64,000 nucleotides of DNA. Source: Felis catus. Lineage: Eukaryota. The stretch is from positions 17,982,001-18,046,000 of the forward strand of contig NC_058369.1 in assembly GCF_018350175.1 (NCBI RefSeq). The letters are read 5' to 3'. This document shows, piece by piece, positions 26,900 through 41,369 of the stretch (position 1 is the stretch's first letter; each line of letters opens with the position of its first letter). The notes beneath the pieces were generated by a model. The model worked only from the letters and a program-made list of their open reading frames with translations, did no database searches and had not been told where the DNA came from. A program made the translations under genes and the position numbers.

Positions 26900-29800
26900 G
26901 TTAAAAAATATTTTTTTTTCTATTGAGACTTTCTCTTTGACCCAGAGGTTATTTGGGAATGTGTTGTTTAATTTCCAAGTGTTTGGAGATTTTCTGGTTA
27001 TCTGTTATTAATTCCTGGATTTCTTCCAGTGTGGTTAGAGAATATGCTGTCTGATTTCAACTTTTAAATTTGTCAAGTTTTATTTTATATGACAGGATAT
27101 GGTCTGTCTTGGTGAATGTTCCATAGGCTTGATTGAAAAGAATGTGTATTCTACTGTTGTTGTATGGAGTGTCCTATAGATTTCAATTAGATCTTTTTGG
27201 TTGACGATACTGTTAAGTTCTTCCACATCCTTCCTGATTTTCTGTCTAGTTGTTCCACCAACTTTGGAGACAGAAGTGTTGAAGTCTACACTTCAGCAGA
27301 CTAATTGTGGATTTGCCTATTTCTTCTTTCAATTCTTTTTTTTAAATTTTTTTTTAATGTTTATTTATTTTTGAGACAGAGCATGAATGGGGGAGGGTCA
27401 GAGAGAGAGGGAGACACAGAATCGGAAGCAGGCTCCAGGCTCTGAGCCATCAGCCCAGAGCCCGACGCGGGGCTCGAACTCACGGAGTGTGAGATCGTGA
27501 CCTGAGCTGAAGTTGGACGCTTAACCGACTGAGCCACCCAGGCACCCCTCTTCTTTCAATTCTTACTTCAGGTTTTGCTTCATGTATTTTGAAGCTCTGT
27601 TGTTTGGTGTATACATAGTTAGGATTGCTATGTCTTCTTGGCAGATTAAACCTTTCATTATTATGTAATGTTTATGTAATCTTTGTCCCCAGTAACTTTC
27701 TTTGCCATGAAGTCTATTTTATCTGATATTAATATAATTACTCCTGCTTTATTCTGGTTAATGTTTGCATGGTGTGTGTATATATATATTTCTATCCTTT
27801 TACTTGCAATATACTTACATCATTTATTTGAGTGAGTTTCATGCAGACTTGTCTCTGTCATTTAACTGGTATACTTAGATCATTATATTTACAGTAATTA
27901 TTCATACATTAGGGCTTAAGTCTACCACTTTACTATATGTTTTCTGCTGTTCCCCTGTTTTATTTTTGTTTTTTGTTCCTCTGTATCATTTTCCTGTTAT
28001 TCTTGTGAGTTACCTGAACACTTTTTAGAATTTGATTTATAGAACTTTTTATTTTATTTTTTATTTTTTAAAATTTACATCCACATTAGTTAGCATATAG
28101 TGCAACAATGATTTCAGGGGTAGCTTCCTTAATGCCCCTTACCCATTTAGCCCATCCCCCCTCCCACAACCACTCCAGTAACCCTCAGTTTGTTCTCCAT
28201 ATTTATGAGTCTCTTCTGTTTTGTCCCCCCACTTTTATATCATTTTTGTTTCCCTTCCATTATGTTCATTTGTTTTCTCTCTTAAAGTCCTCATATGAGT
28301 GAAGTCATATGATTTTTGTCTTTCTCTGAATGACTAATTTCACTTAGCATAATACCCTCCAGTTCCATCCATGTAGTTGCAAATGGCAAGATTTCATTCT
28401 TTTTGATTGCCGAGTAATACTCCATTGTATATATATACCACATCTTCTTTATCCATTCATCCATCGATGGACATTTGGGCTCTTTCTATACTTTGGGTAT
28501 TGTTGATAGTGCTGCTATAAACATAGGGGTGCATGTGTCCCTTCAAAACAGCACACCTGTATCCTGTGGGTAAATACCTAGTAGTGGTCGTAGGGTAGTT
28601 CTATTTTTAGTTTTTTGAGGAAACTCCATACTGTTTTCCAGAGTGGCAGCACCAGCTTGCATTGCCACCAACAATGCAAAAGAGATCCTCTTTCTCCGCA
28701 TCCTCGCCAATATCTGTTGTTGCCTGAGTTGTTAATGTTAGCCATTCTGACAGGTGTAAGGTGGTATGATTTATAGAGCTTTTGAGTACATCTGTTTGCA
28801 CATAGTATTTTAGCAGTTGCTCTAGGCATTATACTTATATATGTAACTTATTACGGTTTACTTATGTCAACATTTTAGTAGTTTGAGTAAAGTGTAGAAG
28901 CTTTACTTCCATTTGGATCTCTTTACCCTCCCCCCTCCTTTTGAGTATAATTGTCTTAAATATTTCCTTTACGTACACAGAGAACCACATCAGACAAAAA
29001 CTTTGCTTTAAGCATCTAAGATAATTTAGAAAACTCAGGGGAAGGACAGTCTTTTATATCTCCCCATAGTCTACTTCTGTTGTTCTTTCTTCATGTTCCA
29101 AATTTCCTTCTTGTATCACTTCCCTTCTCTATGAATAACTTCCTTTAGCACCCCCCCCCTTTTTTTTAAGTTTATTTATTTATTTTGAGAGAGAGAGAGA
29201 GAGAAAGCAAACACAAGCAGGGGAGGGGCAGAGAGAGGGAGAGAGAGAGAATCCCAAGCAGGCTCTGCACTGTCAGCACAGAACCCAACACAGGGCTTGA
29301 ACTCATGAACTGTGAGATCATGACATGAGCCAAAAACAAGAGTCCGATGCTTAACCAACTGAGCCACCCAGGCGCCCACCTTTAGCCATTTTTTTAAGGT
29401 AGGCCTGCTGGTGACAAAGTCTTAGTTTCCTTCTACCCAAGGATATCTTCCTTCCTGAAGAATATTCTTGCTAGGTACAGCATTCTGAGTTGACAGTTCT
29501 CTTTTTTCAGCACTTGAAAAATGCTCTGCCACTCCCTTCTGGCCTTTGTGGCTAGGAAATCTGGTATCATTCAAATTGTTGTTCCCTTATAGTTAATGAA
29601 TTTTTTCTCTCTTTCAAAATTTTTTCTGTCTAGGGGCGCCTGGGTGGCTCAGTTGGTTGAGCATCTGGGTCATGATCTCATGGTTCGTGAGTTCAAGTCC
29701 TGCATCAGGCTCTCTGCTGTCAACACAGAGCCCACTTCAGATGGTCTATCTCCCTCCCTCTCCACCCCTCCCAATCTCTCTCTCTTTCTCAAAAATAAAT

Positions 29801-30293
29801 AAAGATTAAGAAATTTTTTTTGTCTAGTTTTCTGAAGTTTGATTAAGTTGTGTCTTGGCATAGATTTCTTTGGGTTTATACAGTTTGGAATTCACTCATT
29901 TTCTTGAATTTGCAGGTTTATTATCTTTCACCAAATTTGGGAAGTTTTCAATTATTATTTCGTTGAATAATTTTTTAGTTCCATACTCTTTCTTTTCTCC
30001 TTCAGGGATTGTATTAATTCAAACATTGTATCTTTTGTTACTGTCCCACACACTCTGTTCATTTCATTTAAGTCTATTTTCTTTCTGTTGTCCAGACTGG
30101 GTGATTTCTATTTTCCTATCTTCAAGTTCATGGATACTTTCCTCCCCCATATTCATTCTGTTATTGAGCCCATCCAGTGAGTTTTTATTTTGGTTAATGT
30201 ATTTTCTAGTTCTAAAGTTTCCCTTTTGGATTCTCTTTCTATCTTCTATTTCTCCACTGAGACATTTTATTTTTTTAAGTTTATTTATTTACT

Positions 30294-30329
<36 letters not shown>

Positions 30330-31330
30330 GGGAAAGAGAGAAGGACAGAGAGAAAATCCCAAGCAGGCTCTGAGCTGTCATTGTAGATGCAGGGCTCAAA
30401 CCCACGAACTGCGAGATCATGACCTGAGCCAAAATCAAGAGTTGGATGCTTAAGCAAATGAGCCACCCAGGCACCCTGACACCTTCTAATTTTTTCTGTT
30501 TTTTTTTCAAGTGTGTTCATAATTGCTTGTTGATAGCTTATATAATTGGTTATATGACAACTGCTTTAAAATTATCATCAGCTAATTCCAATATTTTTGT
30601 CATCTTGGTGTTGGCATCTGTTGATTGCCTTTTCTCATTCAGGTTGAGAATTTCCTTGTTCTTTGCATAACAAGTGATTTTCTATTATATCCTGGACATT
30701 TGGTGTACTATGCTGTGAAGCTATGTATCTGATTTAATCTTATTTTGCAGCACTGTTTAGGTACAGTGTGCATGTACATGTGGGAGTGAATGTTCATCTC
30801 CCCTCTGGGTCCCATTGACACACCCTGGCAGGGAAAGTGGAGTGCCAACTAGTGACACCACATATCACCTCATTTTGCCTCTCTGCTGATGGGTAAGCCT
30901 GTAAGTTCAGCTTGCTGCTGGCCCCAGTGACACTGTGGAGAGGTAGAAGCAGTTTTTCCAAATACCGGTATTTGGTATTTGGCTGGAGCAGGGTGGTATT
31001 ATCTGTTCTGCTAGGCTGCTCTTTTCCTGCTCCTTTAGCTAAAGCGATCAGGCTTTTCTTGGGGTTGTTTTTGTATATACTTGTTGGTGGATCTAGGTTG
31101 AAGGCTTTTCCACAACGCCACCTGGGATATATATGGGAAGCAATAAAGAAAACCCAAGAAACTCACTCTCTTGTTCTTAAATCCCACGATCTCTAGCCAT
31201 TCTACCTTCTTTCCATCTTCCAGGGTCTTCCTAAGTTTGTTTGTTATATGATATCTGGACTTTTTTTAGTTTTAAGAGAGAAGACTACTGAGGAATGGGA
31301 CTATTCCACCTTGGCCTGGACCAGTACTTG
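26900..31330 (-). mobile_element. Old L1 segment with nested younger L1 and SINEs
   Basis: T-rich antisense L1 motifs such as aagaatgtgtattctactgttgttg and gaagctctgttgtttggtgtatac. Confidence 0.8.
28050..28766 (-). mobile_element. 5'-truncated felid/carnivore L1 (ORF2 C-terminus plus 3' UTR)
   Basis: ORF 28578..28829 contains YHLTPVRMA...[16 protein letters not shown]...KIELPYD. TSD tgatttataga(a/g)ctttt at 28033 and 28767. Confidence 0.92.
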
Positions 31331-32708
31331 GCTTGGACATCAATGCATTTTAAAACTCAGTTTATTTTCCCCCATTACTTATTGATCTATGATTTACCCT
31401 TGGATTTTTCAATCACTGGGCCCCCGAGTGTGTGATCTCTTCTGAAGCTGTTGTATCTTTCATCTCTCAGAACATTCTTTTTTTTTTTTTTTAAACATGT
31501 ATTGACCTTTGAGAGACAGAGATAGAGCACGAGAGGGGGAGGGGCAGAGAGAGAAGGAGACGAAGAATCCAAAGCAAGCTCCAGGCTCTAGGCTGTCAGC
31601 ACAGAGCCCAATATGGGGCTTAAACCCACGAACCGTGTGATCCAAAGTCAGACACTCAACTGACCAAGCCACCCAGACACTCCTCTCAGAACATCCTTAG
31701 TTCTACATCAGTATATCACAGAAAGGTGTTCTATTATGTCTTTAATAGGTGATTTCATTTGAGAACTATGTTGATAATGCTATGGTATACATTTAATTCT
31801 GCTTGTAAAGTAAACGTAAGCAAATTATCACAGATGTCAATACCTTAAAAGTGATATTTAAAATTTGGAATTTGTACAAGAGGGTAATTATTATGTTTAA
31901 GGAGGTAGTGAGTTATGGGGTGCCTGGTTGGCTCAGTTCGTTGAGCTTCTGACTCTTGATTTCGGCTCAGATCACGACCTCACGGTTCGTGAGATTGAGC
32001 CCTGCGTGGGTCTCTGCACTGACAGTGCAGAGCCTGCTTGGGATTCTCTCTCTCTCTGCCCCTCTCCCACTTGCTTGTGCATGCTCTCTCTCTCTCTCAA
32101 AATAAATAAACAGACATTCAAAAAAAAAAGAAGGAAGTGAGTTATAGGTTTTGAAGGCTTCATGATGCTGAAGGAAGCAAGGTGGACTATGGACAATACA
32201 GGACGGGGATCATAGTAGGGCTGTGCCGTAGACATTCTAGGAGAGTTCTCTTTCCCAGAATATGGCAGCCAGACTTTCTAGTCACCTAAACCTATTGGAT
32301 ATTGCATAGACCAATGCACAAGTGGGTGGCGGGCCATAGAGAAAAGTGACTCCTAGAGATGGAAAACACTGTTGGCAGAGCTTTCCATGACAATTCTTTT
32401 TCTAGGCTGCCTCTTGTATAGAGAGTTATCCCTCTCCTCGCTCTCTTTCTAATAAAAACATGAACAGAAAGTGTAATAAGAGCTGACATGACTGCAAGGT
32501 CATAAGACTGTCTTTTCCCTGTAATCTGCAGTAAATGGTTTGTTGACAAATCACTTTGGAGAAATGGAAAAACACATTGGTGCAAGACCTTTCATAATGT
32601 CTTTTAGAGAACTGGCTATAAAATATAGTGTGAACCAACAGCCCAAGGACAGAAAACCAGAAGTAAGGGGAATCAATACTGTGCCATACAAGAGGAATCA
32701 CTTCTCTA

Positions 32709-32960
<252 letters not shown>

Positions 32961-32989
32961 TTAAGACAGGAGATTTCCAACAGATTTTT

Positions 32990-33530
32990 ACTAGTATACA
33001 GAAATACAAAAGAGTTTTGCATCTTGACTTTGTATTCTGTGACCTTGATAAACTCACTTATCAGTTCTAGTAGCTTTTTTGTAGCATTCTAGTAGCCTTT
33101 TTGTAGCTTGGGATTTTCTAGGGAGGATCATGATATCAGCAAACAAAGACAGCTTTACTTTTCCTTTTCCAATCTATATGCCCTCCCTTCCTCCCTCTTT
33201 TTCTCCTTTTTCATTGTCTTATTGCATTGGCTAGAACCTACAGTACAATACTGAATAGAAATAAGAGCAGATATCCCTGTCTTGTTCTTGATCTTAAGGG
33301 GAACACAGTCGATCTTTCACCATTAACAATGATGTTGGCTATAGGCTTTAAAATAAATTCCTTTAATCTGACTGATGAAAAACCACATCTATTCCTAGTT
33401 TGCTGAGAGTTTTTATCATGAAAACGTGTTGCATTTTGTCAAATGCTTTTGCTGAAGGGATTAAAATGATTATATGGGATTCCTTTTGTAGTTTGTTGAA
33501 AACCAGGATATAGAATTGATTAAAATAAAG
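32990..33530 (-). mobile_element. Old L1 ORF2 fragment
   Basis: tcttattgcattggctagaacctacagtacaatactgaatag...cttgttcttgatctt motif. Confidence 0.8.
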
Positions 33531-33537
33531 AAACCAA

Positions 33538-33755
33538 GGGGCGCCTGGGTGGTGCAGTCGGTTAAGCGTCCGACTTCAGCCAGGTCACGATCTCGTGGTC
33601 TGTGAGTTCGAGCCCCGCGTCGGGCTCTGGGCTGATGGCTCAGAGCCTGGAGCCTGTTTCCGATTCTGTGTCTCCCTCTCTCTCTGCCCCTCCCCGGTTC
33701 ATGCTCTGTCTCTGTCCCAAAAATAAATAAACGTTGAAAAAAAAAATTAAAAAAT
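33538..33755 (+). mobile_element. Young felid Can-SINE
   Basis: TSD aaaataaagaaaccaa on both sides; diagnostic cttcagccaggtcacgat and gggctgatggctc. Confidence 0.95.
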
Positions 33756-34789
33756 AAAGAAACCAAAAGGTACAATTTTCTATCTATTGACTACTAATGA
33801 CTGCTAGAGAATAATACTCAGAACTGACAAACATTTAGACAAACAGGTGCTCTCAATACATCACTGAGGCAAACTTACACATATCAATGTTTCTGCAAGA
33901 GAACTAACAACATATAGCAAATTCCTTAAAGAGACCCTTTTACCTGGTGATAACCATTTCTAGGCATTCTATAGGAGATAATCTGAAGAGGGTGGTTCCT
34001 GTCAGGTCTGAGGGGGGGTCAGAAGGAGCTGCCGAGATGGTATTAACAGCTCAAGAGCTTATGACACACTAAGGCCAGCAGATCAAATCCATATATTTCA
34101 TGTCTCCCAATATGTCTTATACATGGAACAGAGCCAGAAGGGGCCAGGGACATGAAGGGTGAGGCAGTGTATTCATGTGTAAAATTAGGCTGGGACTGAA
34201 AGATCCAAGTGACAATATAGCAAAATGGCTTTTTTTTTTTTTTTAAATATGTGTTGACTTTAAAAAAAAAATTTTTTTAACATTTATTTTTGAGACAGAG
34301 AGAGATAGAGCATGAACAGGGGAGGGTCAGAGAGAGGGAGACACAGAATCTGAAACAGGCTCCAGGCTCTGAGCTGTCAGCACAGAGCCCGACGCGGGGC
34401 TCAAACTCACGGACCGCGAGATCATGACCTGAGCCGAAGTCAGCCGCTCAACCGACCGAGCCACCCAGGCGCCCCGCAAAATGGCTTCTTTATGAAATCA
34501 ATTCACTTGAACACTGGCAAATAACATGTTTATAGAGAACATCTTGCTTAATTGTAAAAGAGACTTTTTAATGTTGATAATGGCAACCCAAATATGGGTT
34601 GTACTGAGGACTAAGGACAGCAGTAGATAGAGGGGGCAGGCTGTGGACAAGAGGCACAAACTTTGAGAAGCTTGTACACCTGGTCCTAACTCCTCTCTGG
34701 GATGAACAAAAAAGCATAGGGTAAAGCACTTGCCCTGAATCATGAATCTTAATAACTGTAGCCACACGACTGCAAAGCTCCATCTCCTA

Positions 34790-34957
<168 letters not shown>

Positions 34958-37409
34958 CTATGCTCATCTCAGTTTGTGACTACACAGTGGAAGTACACAT
35001 ATCAGACTGCTCCCATATTCAAGCAAAAACCTAAAAGCTGTCTGAAACAAATGTTTTTCCTGTGACCATTCAGCTTTGTATCTCCATGAACACAGCACAG
35101 TTGCCAAGTTTTCTGAGGCAGTACTGCTTTGAAAAAACATTTCATAATTTATGCAAAAATAGGTATATAAATCATTGGTGTCCATTCTCCCAGCCATGCC
35201 CACATGACCGTCAGGTGCCTTGATAGCTCTACTATGTCATCTGTAAAGCCATGTGATGCCATCTTCCTGTAGGTGTTGATCTTAACAGGATCATCAAATC
35301 TAAAGGGCTGAGATGGACTTAGAAATTACCTCACAGAGCAGCACAAGTGCTCTGACTAGCCACACACATCACTTAACCTCTCCAAGCCTCAGTTAATCCA
35401 TGTTTTAAAAAGGGTTTAATAGTTTCTAGCTCACTGATTTTTATGACTAAAAAAGAAAAACCTAAAGGAACTATTTATCGCACAACAGGTACTCCAAAAT
35501 TGACATCTGTTCTTGGACAGCTATTATTGCTTCAATCATTTATATACAACACGTACAATTGCTTACTCACCAGTAACTATAACCAGAAGGTAACTATACT
35601 GATAAGTATAATGACAACAAAACACGGCTATTAAATTCCAACAAAACAGCGGTCTCAGTCTAGGGGCAGCATCCCTTTGTCAGGGAGGGAGATCAGTGAC
35701 TGTCAGTGGGCACTAAAGAATATCAGTTTCAGCTCAAAGAAAGACTTTATCTTTGGAGGAATGTAGACTGAAGACCTGACAAGGAAAAATTGTACGGCTG
35801 CAGAATTCCGTGTCATTTAGTGTTCTGTCAGTGTGACTGTGCTGCCTAAAATAACTGAGTATCACTAAAAGCATGTCTTTAGTTCCACGGTCCCATGTGT
35901 GTTGAATACTGTAAAAGCTGACAAATACTAAAAAGGAAGTGCTATTCCTGTACATTCCACATTCACGTGGAATGTGAGCCCAGTGTTGCCAGAAGTCTCA
36001 TGTTTAAATACAGGTAACAATTCAAATTTTCATGTATAATATGGACCAAACACACCTAGCTGTAACTGGCCTGTGGGCTGTCCACTGGCAGCCTCTCAGT
36101 TTGAGTAACTTTACTCTGGCCTGGACTCTTCAAAAACATCAGTGTCATGACAATAAGGTATAAGGGGAGAATTCTAGGTTAGAGATGACTAAAATGACAC
36201 CAGGGCAACCAAAAGCAACATGTGATTCAGGATTGAAAAATAAAACAAAAAAGCTATAGAAAATTTTACTGGGAAAATCAGAATATGGCCTGGATGTTAA
36301 ATAACAATACTGAACCAATGGTAATAGTGGTACTGTGCTAATGCAGGAAAATATCCTTGTTCTTAGAAAATACATCTTATAAAGTATTTAGTGGCTAAGA
36401 GTCAAGACGTCTTAAATATATTCATAAATAGCGCTGAACAAAAAAAAGCAGCTCATATGTATTTATGTGTGTGTACATATACAAAAGCAAGAAATGTGGC
36501 AAAATGTTAACAACTGGGGAAGGGTACGTGAGTGTTCATGGAGCTATTCTTTTGACTTTCCTGTAAATTTAAAAATTTCAAACAAGAAATTTGGAAAATA
36601 ATATTTTTTTAATGTTTATTTATTTTGGGGAGGGAGAGAGAGGGAGGGAGGGAGGGGAAAGAACAAGCCAGGCAGGGGCAGAGAGAGAGGGCGACGGAGA
36701 ATCCCAAGCAGACTCTGCTGTCAGCACAGAGCCCAACATGGGGCTCAAACTCATAAACTGTGAGATCATGACCCAAGCCAAAATCAAGAGTCAGATGCTT
36801 AACTGACTGAGCCACCCAGGTGCCCCAGGAAATAAATTTTTATTTTATTTATTTATTTTTATTTTTATTTTTTAAAGAATGCTTTATATCCGATACGGGG
36901 CTTGGACTCACGACCCTGAGATCAAGAGTCGCATGCTCTATTGACTGAGCCAGCCAGGAGCCCCAGGAAATAAATTTTTAAAAACTGAAATAAGGGTGCC
37001 TGGGTGGCTCAATTGTTTAAGTGTCCAACTCTTGATTTCAGCTCAGGTCATGATCTCATAGTTTGTGAGACTGAGCCCCACATGGGGCTCTGTGCTGTCA
37101 GCTAGGGGTTCTCTCCTTCCTCTCTCTGCCCCTACCACTCTTCCGAAATAAATAAATAAACTTTAAAAAAAAAAAAAACAACTGGGCGCCTGGGTGGCGC
37201 AGTCGGTTAAGCGTCCGACTTCAGCCAGGTCACGATCTCGCGGTCCGTGAGTTCGAGCCCCGCATCAGGCTCTGGGCTGATGGCTCAGAGCCTGGAACCT
37301 GTTTCCAATTCTGTGTCTCCCTCTCTCTCTGCCCCTCCCCTGTTCATGCTCTGTCTCTCTCTGTCCCAAAAATAAATAAAAAAACGTTGAAAAAAAATTT
37401 AAAAAAAAA

Positions 37410-38620
37410 ACTGAAACAAATATACTCACCACAATGGCTATAATTTTGAAAGATAGACAGTAACAAGTGTTGGTAAGAATATGGAATAATCGGGAATCTC
37501 CTATATTGCTGAAGGAATACACAATGGTACAACCACTTTGAAAAAGTTATGGCAGGTTTTTATAAAATCAAACATACCTACCCTATGACTCAGCAATTTT
37601 TCCCTCGGGTATTTTACTGAAGAGAAATGGGGGGGAAAAACATTCAAAAAAAGACTTCTACAAAACATCCATAGCATTATTCTTAAGAGCTAACAACAAG
37701 AAAGAGACTTAAAAACAAAACAAAACAACAACAAAAGAGACTAGGTATCCATCAACAGAAAAATGGATAAGCAAACTAGTATTTTCATATAGTGGAATAC
37801 TACTTAGCAACAAACAAGGAATGAACTAACATCACCAGCAATAACACACACTGATATCAGGGACCCCTTGATACTATGTTCAGGGAAGAACACAATATAA
37901 TTTCTGTTGCAGGCTGGCTAAGAATGTGTGTACCTACTCTAGTCATGAGGAAACATCAGAGAAATCCAAATTTGAGGTACATTCTATAAAATAACAAACC
38001 AGTAGTCTTCAAAGTGTTCAGATCATGAAAGACCAGAAAGGACTGAAAACCATGGCAGACTGAAGAGAAGTTAAGAACTAAATGCAATGTGATTTTCTGG
38101 ATTGGATCCTTAACCAGAAAAAACCAAATTGGTGAAATCTGAATAAGGTTTCTAGTTTAATGAACAGTATTGTAAGAATGTTAATTTCCTGGTTTTGATA
38201 GTTGTCCTATGGGGATGTAAGATGTTAATACTGGGGGAATCTGGATGAAAGGTATATGGAAATCTGTACTATCTTTGCAACTTTTTTGTCAGTCTAAAAC
38301 TAGTTCAAAATAAAAGGTGAAAAAGGAAAAGGAATGAACTATTGATCTATGCAACACGAATGAACCTTTAAAACTGAGTGAAAGAAGTCTCATACACAAG
38401 AGTGCATACTGTAGGATTCCATTCATATGAAATCCTATGAGAGACAAAATTAATTTACTGTAGAATAAACCAAAATAGTAGTTGCCTCTGAAAGGAAGGG
38501 GCAAGAATTGATCATGAGGGGGCATGAGGGAATCTTTTGGGGTGGTAGCCATCTTCCATAACTTGTTAGGGAGTTTGGGTTACCTAAGTGTACAACATTT
38601 ATCAAACTTCAGAGAATGTA
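37410..38620 (+). mobile_element. Old L1 3' region (L1MC/ME-like)
   Basis: aatggtacaaccactttgaaaa, catcagagaaatccaaatttgagg and gtgaaatctgaataagg motifs. Confidence 0.75.
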
Positions 38621-38893
38621 CATAAAACTCATGCTTTAAAAAAAATTTTTTTTTATGTTTATTTATTTTTGAGAGAGAGACAGCAGGTGAGTAGGGGAGG
38701 GCAGAGAGAGAGGGAGACACAGAATCTGAAGCAGGCTCCAGGCTCTGAGCTGTCAGCACAGAGCCCAACACGGGGCTCCAACTCACAAACCATGAGATCA
38801 TGACCTGAGCCGAAGACAGATGCTTAACCCACTGAGCCACCTAGGCACCCCAAAATTCATGCACTTTAAAAAAAATTTTTATCTTTATTTATT

Positions 38894-38940
<47 letters not shown>

Positions 38941-39496
38941 AAGAAAGAAAGAGTGTGAGGGGGAAGGGGCAGAGAGAGAGGGAGACACAGAATCCAAAGA
39001 AGGCTCCAGGCTCCAAGCTGTCAGCACAAAGCCTGACATGGGGCTCAAACCCACGAGATCATGACCTGAGCTGAAGTCAGAAGCCCAACCAACTGAGCCA
39101 CCCAGGCGCCCCAAAACTCATGCATTTTTAAAAAAATGTTGTATTTGAAAGCGAGAGAGCGTGCACATGTGCTCGTACATGGTATCAGGGGAAGGACAGA
39201 AAGAGAGGGAGAGATAGAACCCCTAGCAGGCTTTGTGCTGTCAGCGCAGAGCCTCACACAGGGCTCAATCCCATGAACTGTGAGATCATGACCTGAGTCA
39301 AAATCAAGAGTTGGACGCTCAACCTACCAAGCCACCAGGGGCCCCAAAACTTAAGGATTTCATTGTATGCAAACTGTATATAAAAAACTTACAAACAAAT
39401 ATTGAACTCTAGTTCATGCCAAAGTGTTTAAAGGAAGGTATAATGATATCTGCAACTTACTATGAAATTAACCCAAAAAAGTAAGATGGGTTAATG

Positions 39497-39899
39497 CAGG
39501 GGCCAGCAACAGCTGCCTGTTTTTGTAAATAATGTGTGTGTGTGTGTGTTTTTAATTCATTTATTTATTTTGAGAGAGAGAGAGAGCACAAGCTGAGGAG
39601 GGGCAGAGAGAGGCAGGGAGAGAGAGAGAATTCCAAGCAGGCTCTGCACTGTCAGCACAGAGCCCAACATGGGGCTCAAACTCACAAACTGCAAGATCAT
39701 GACCTGAGCTGAAGTCGGATACTTAATGGACTGAATCACCCAGGTGACTGTTTTTGTGAATATTGTTTTATTGGAACACAGCCACATCCTTTCATTTATG
39801 TATTGTCTATGGCTGCTTTCCTGCTATAATAACAGAGTTGAGTAGCTATGACAGACATATTTACTACCTAGTTCTTTAAGAAAAAGTTTACTGACCCCT
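39497..39899. mobile_element. MER58-type hAT element split by a Can-SINE
   Basis: caggggccagcaa start; gttttattggaacacagccac body; tttactgacccct end; SINE TSD ctgtttttgt(a/g)aata at 39517 and 39748. Confidence 0.85.
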
Positions 39900-40998
39900 T
39901 TGCTGAAAGATGGGTATATGGTATACAATGCAGCAAGCATAGTAAAATGTTAGTTAGAATCAAAGCAGTAGATAAATGTGTGTTCCATAAAAGTCTTTCA
40001 ACTTGTATTTGAATATTTTCATGACAAAAATGCCAGAAAAATATAACTAAATCTGAAATTTTCGTTACCATTTTCAACATTAAAATGGTAAAATAAAATG
40101 GTATAATGGTATTCTTCAACACTAAGAAAACTCTGAATATTAGACTGACACAGCAACTTCCCTTAGAACATTAAAAGGGATTTTGTTCAGTAGATAAAGA
40201 AGCAAGTCCTCTTTCCCTTGATACAGATGGATCTTCTAGGGAAAATAAGTGACACAGACCAGTATTTCTCACAACCAGCCTTTCCTTGAGGTCATGGGCC
40301 TTGTTTTATTCCGCCTGAGACTAATAAAGCTCTTGCTCTCTATCTCCATCAAGGGAGGGAAGACAGGTTCAAGCATAGGTCCTACGCCAGAGCCCTGAGG
40401 ACACACACCACTCCCCACGCCTGAGTTCTTTGCTGAGAAGTAATCACAAGAGGTGCCCCACATTCAAGGTCTGAGAAGAAGTCACACACTTCCAGTGGGT
40501 TAACTGCTACCAGAGAAGAGAACTCCATACTAGCAACTTTGGATAAATTACTCTGCAGCATAAATTCAGACCCTCCAAATGCTTTCAGCCAGGGTCATAT
40601 AAACCTGAGCATTTCCTTTCAACATGGCCAAAGAGCATGGTCCTTGAAGGATACTGTCTTTGAGGAAGTACCAAAGCAATTCAGAGAAATACTAGAAGTC
40701 ATCTGAAAAGCTCATTATGATGAGTTATGGAAGTCAACACAATGCAAACATTGCAAGGAGGATGAATCTAAAGTTTTATACCTCATATGGCTGAGGCTAA
40801 GATTACAAAAACTTTTTTTTTTTAAGTAGGTTTCACACCTAGCACAAAACTTACAACCCTGAGGTCAAGACCCAACCTGAGATCAAGCGTCAGATGCCTA
40901 ACTGATTGAGCCACCCAAGCACCCCCACAGAAAAACTGTTTAAATGACAAATAGGAGAAAAGCCAAAACACAAAAATATTTTTAAAAACCAATGTTAC

Positions 40999-41082
40999 CT
41001 GATCAAGATTTTTGAAAAGGAGAATATCTTTGCAAGCTTCCTGAAGTCTGCATCTCTGTTGATCAGTTTTAGGATGAATCAC
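40999..41082 (-). CDS. PRKAR2A: PRKAR2A coding exon 4 (84 nt): [28 protein letters not shown]
   Basis: Inside ORF 40822..41094(-); cag|GTG...CAG|gtaaca. RCRLQE and NLDQ favour RII-alpha over RII-beta. Confidence 0.98.
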
Positions 41083-41369
41083 CTGCCAATCCAAATAAAA
41101 CCAGGGAAATATTTTTATTCCAATTTAAAATCTGACTTTATTCACACATCAGTACATTTCTTTCTCCTAAGTGGGAAAAATTAAGAGCACATTTACTGTA
41201 ACTTTAATTCTATACAAATACCAAGCGGGGCCCTGATCATGGAGGGGCAATGTGATGGGGCTGAAGAGCACTCACCCTGGAGCCACTCACTGACTGTTTA
41301 ACTGGCAGCAAGTCAGTTACCCCCCGGGAGCCTCAGTGTCCTCATCTGTAAAGCAGAGGGCTATAGACT

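Noticed and set aside
29870..30373. 167-aa hydrophobic ORF, the longest in the track
   Set aside because: T-rich antisense L1 running into a SINE (GA)n tract.
38624..39360. Repeat-spacer-repeat pattern superficially like a CRISPR array
   Set aside because: Eukaryotic DNA; the repeats are TSDs and the spacers are SINEs.
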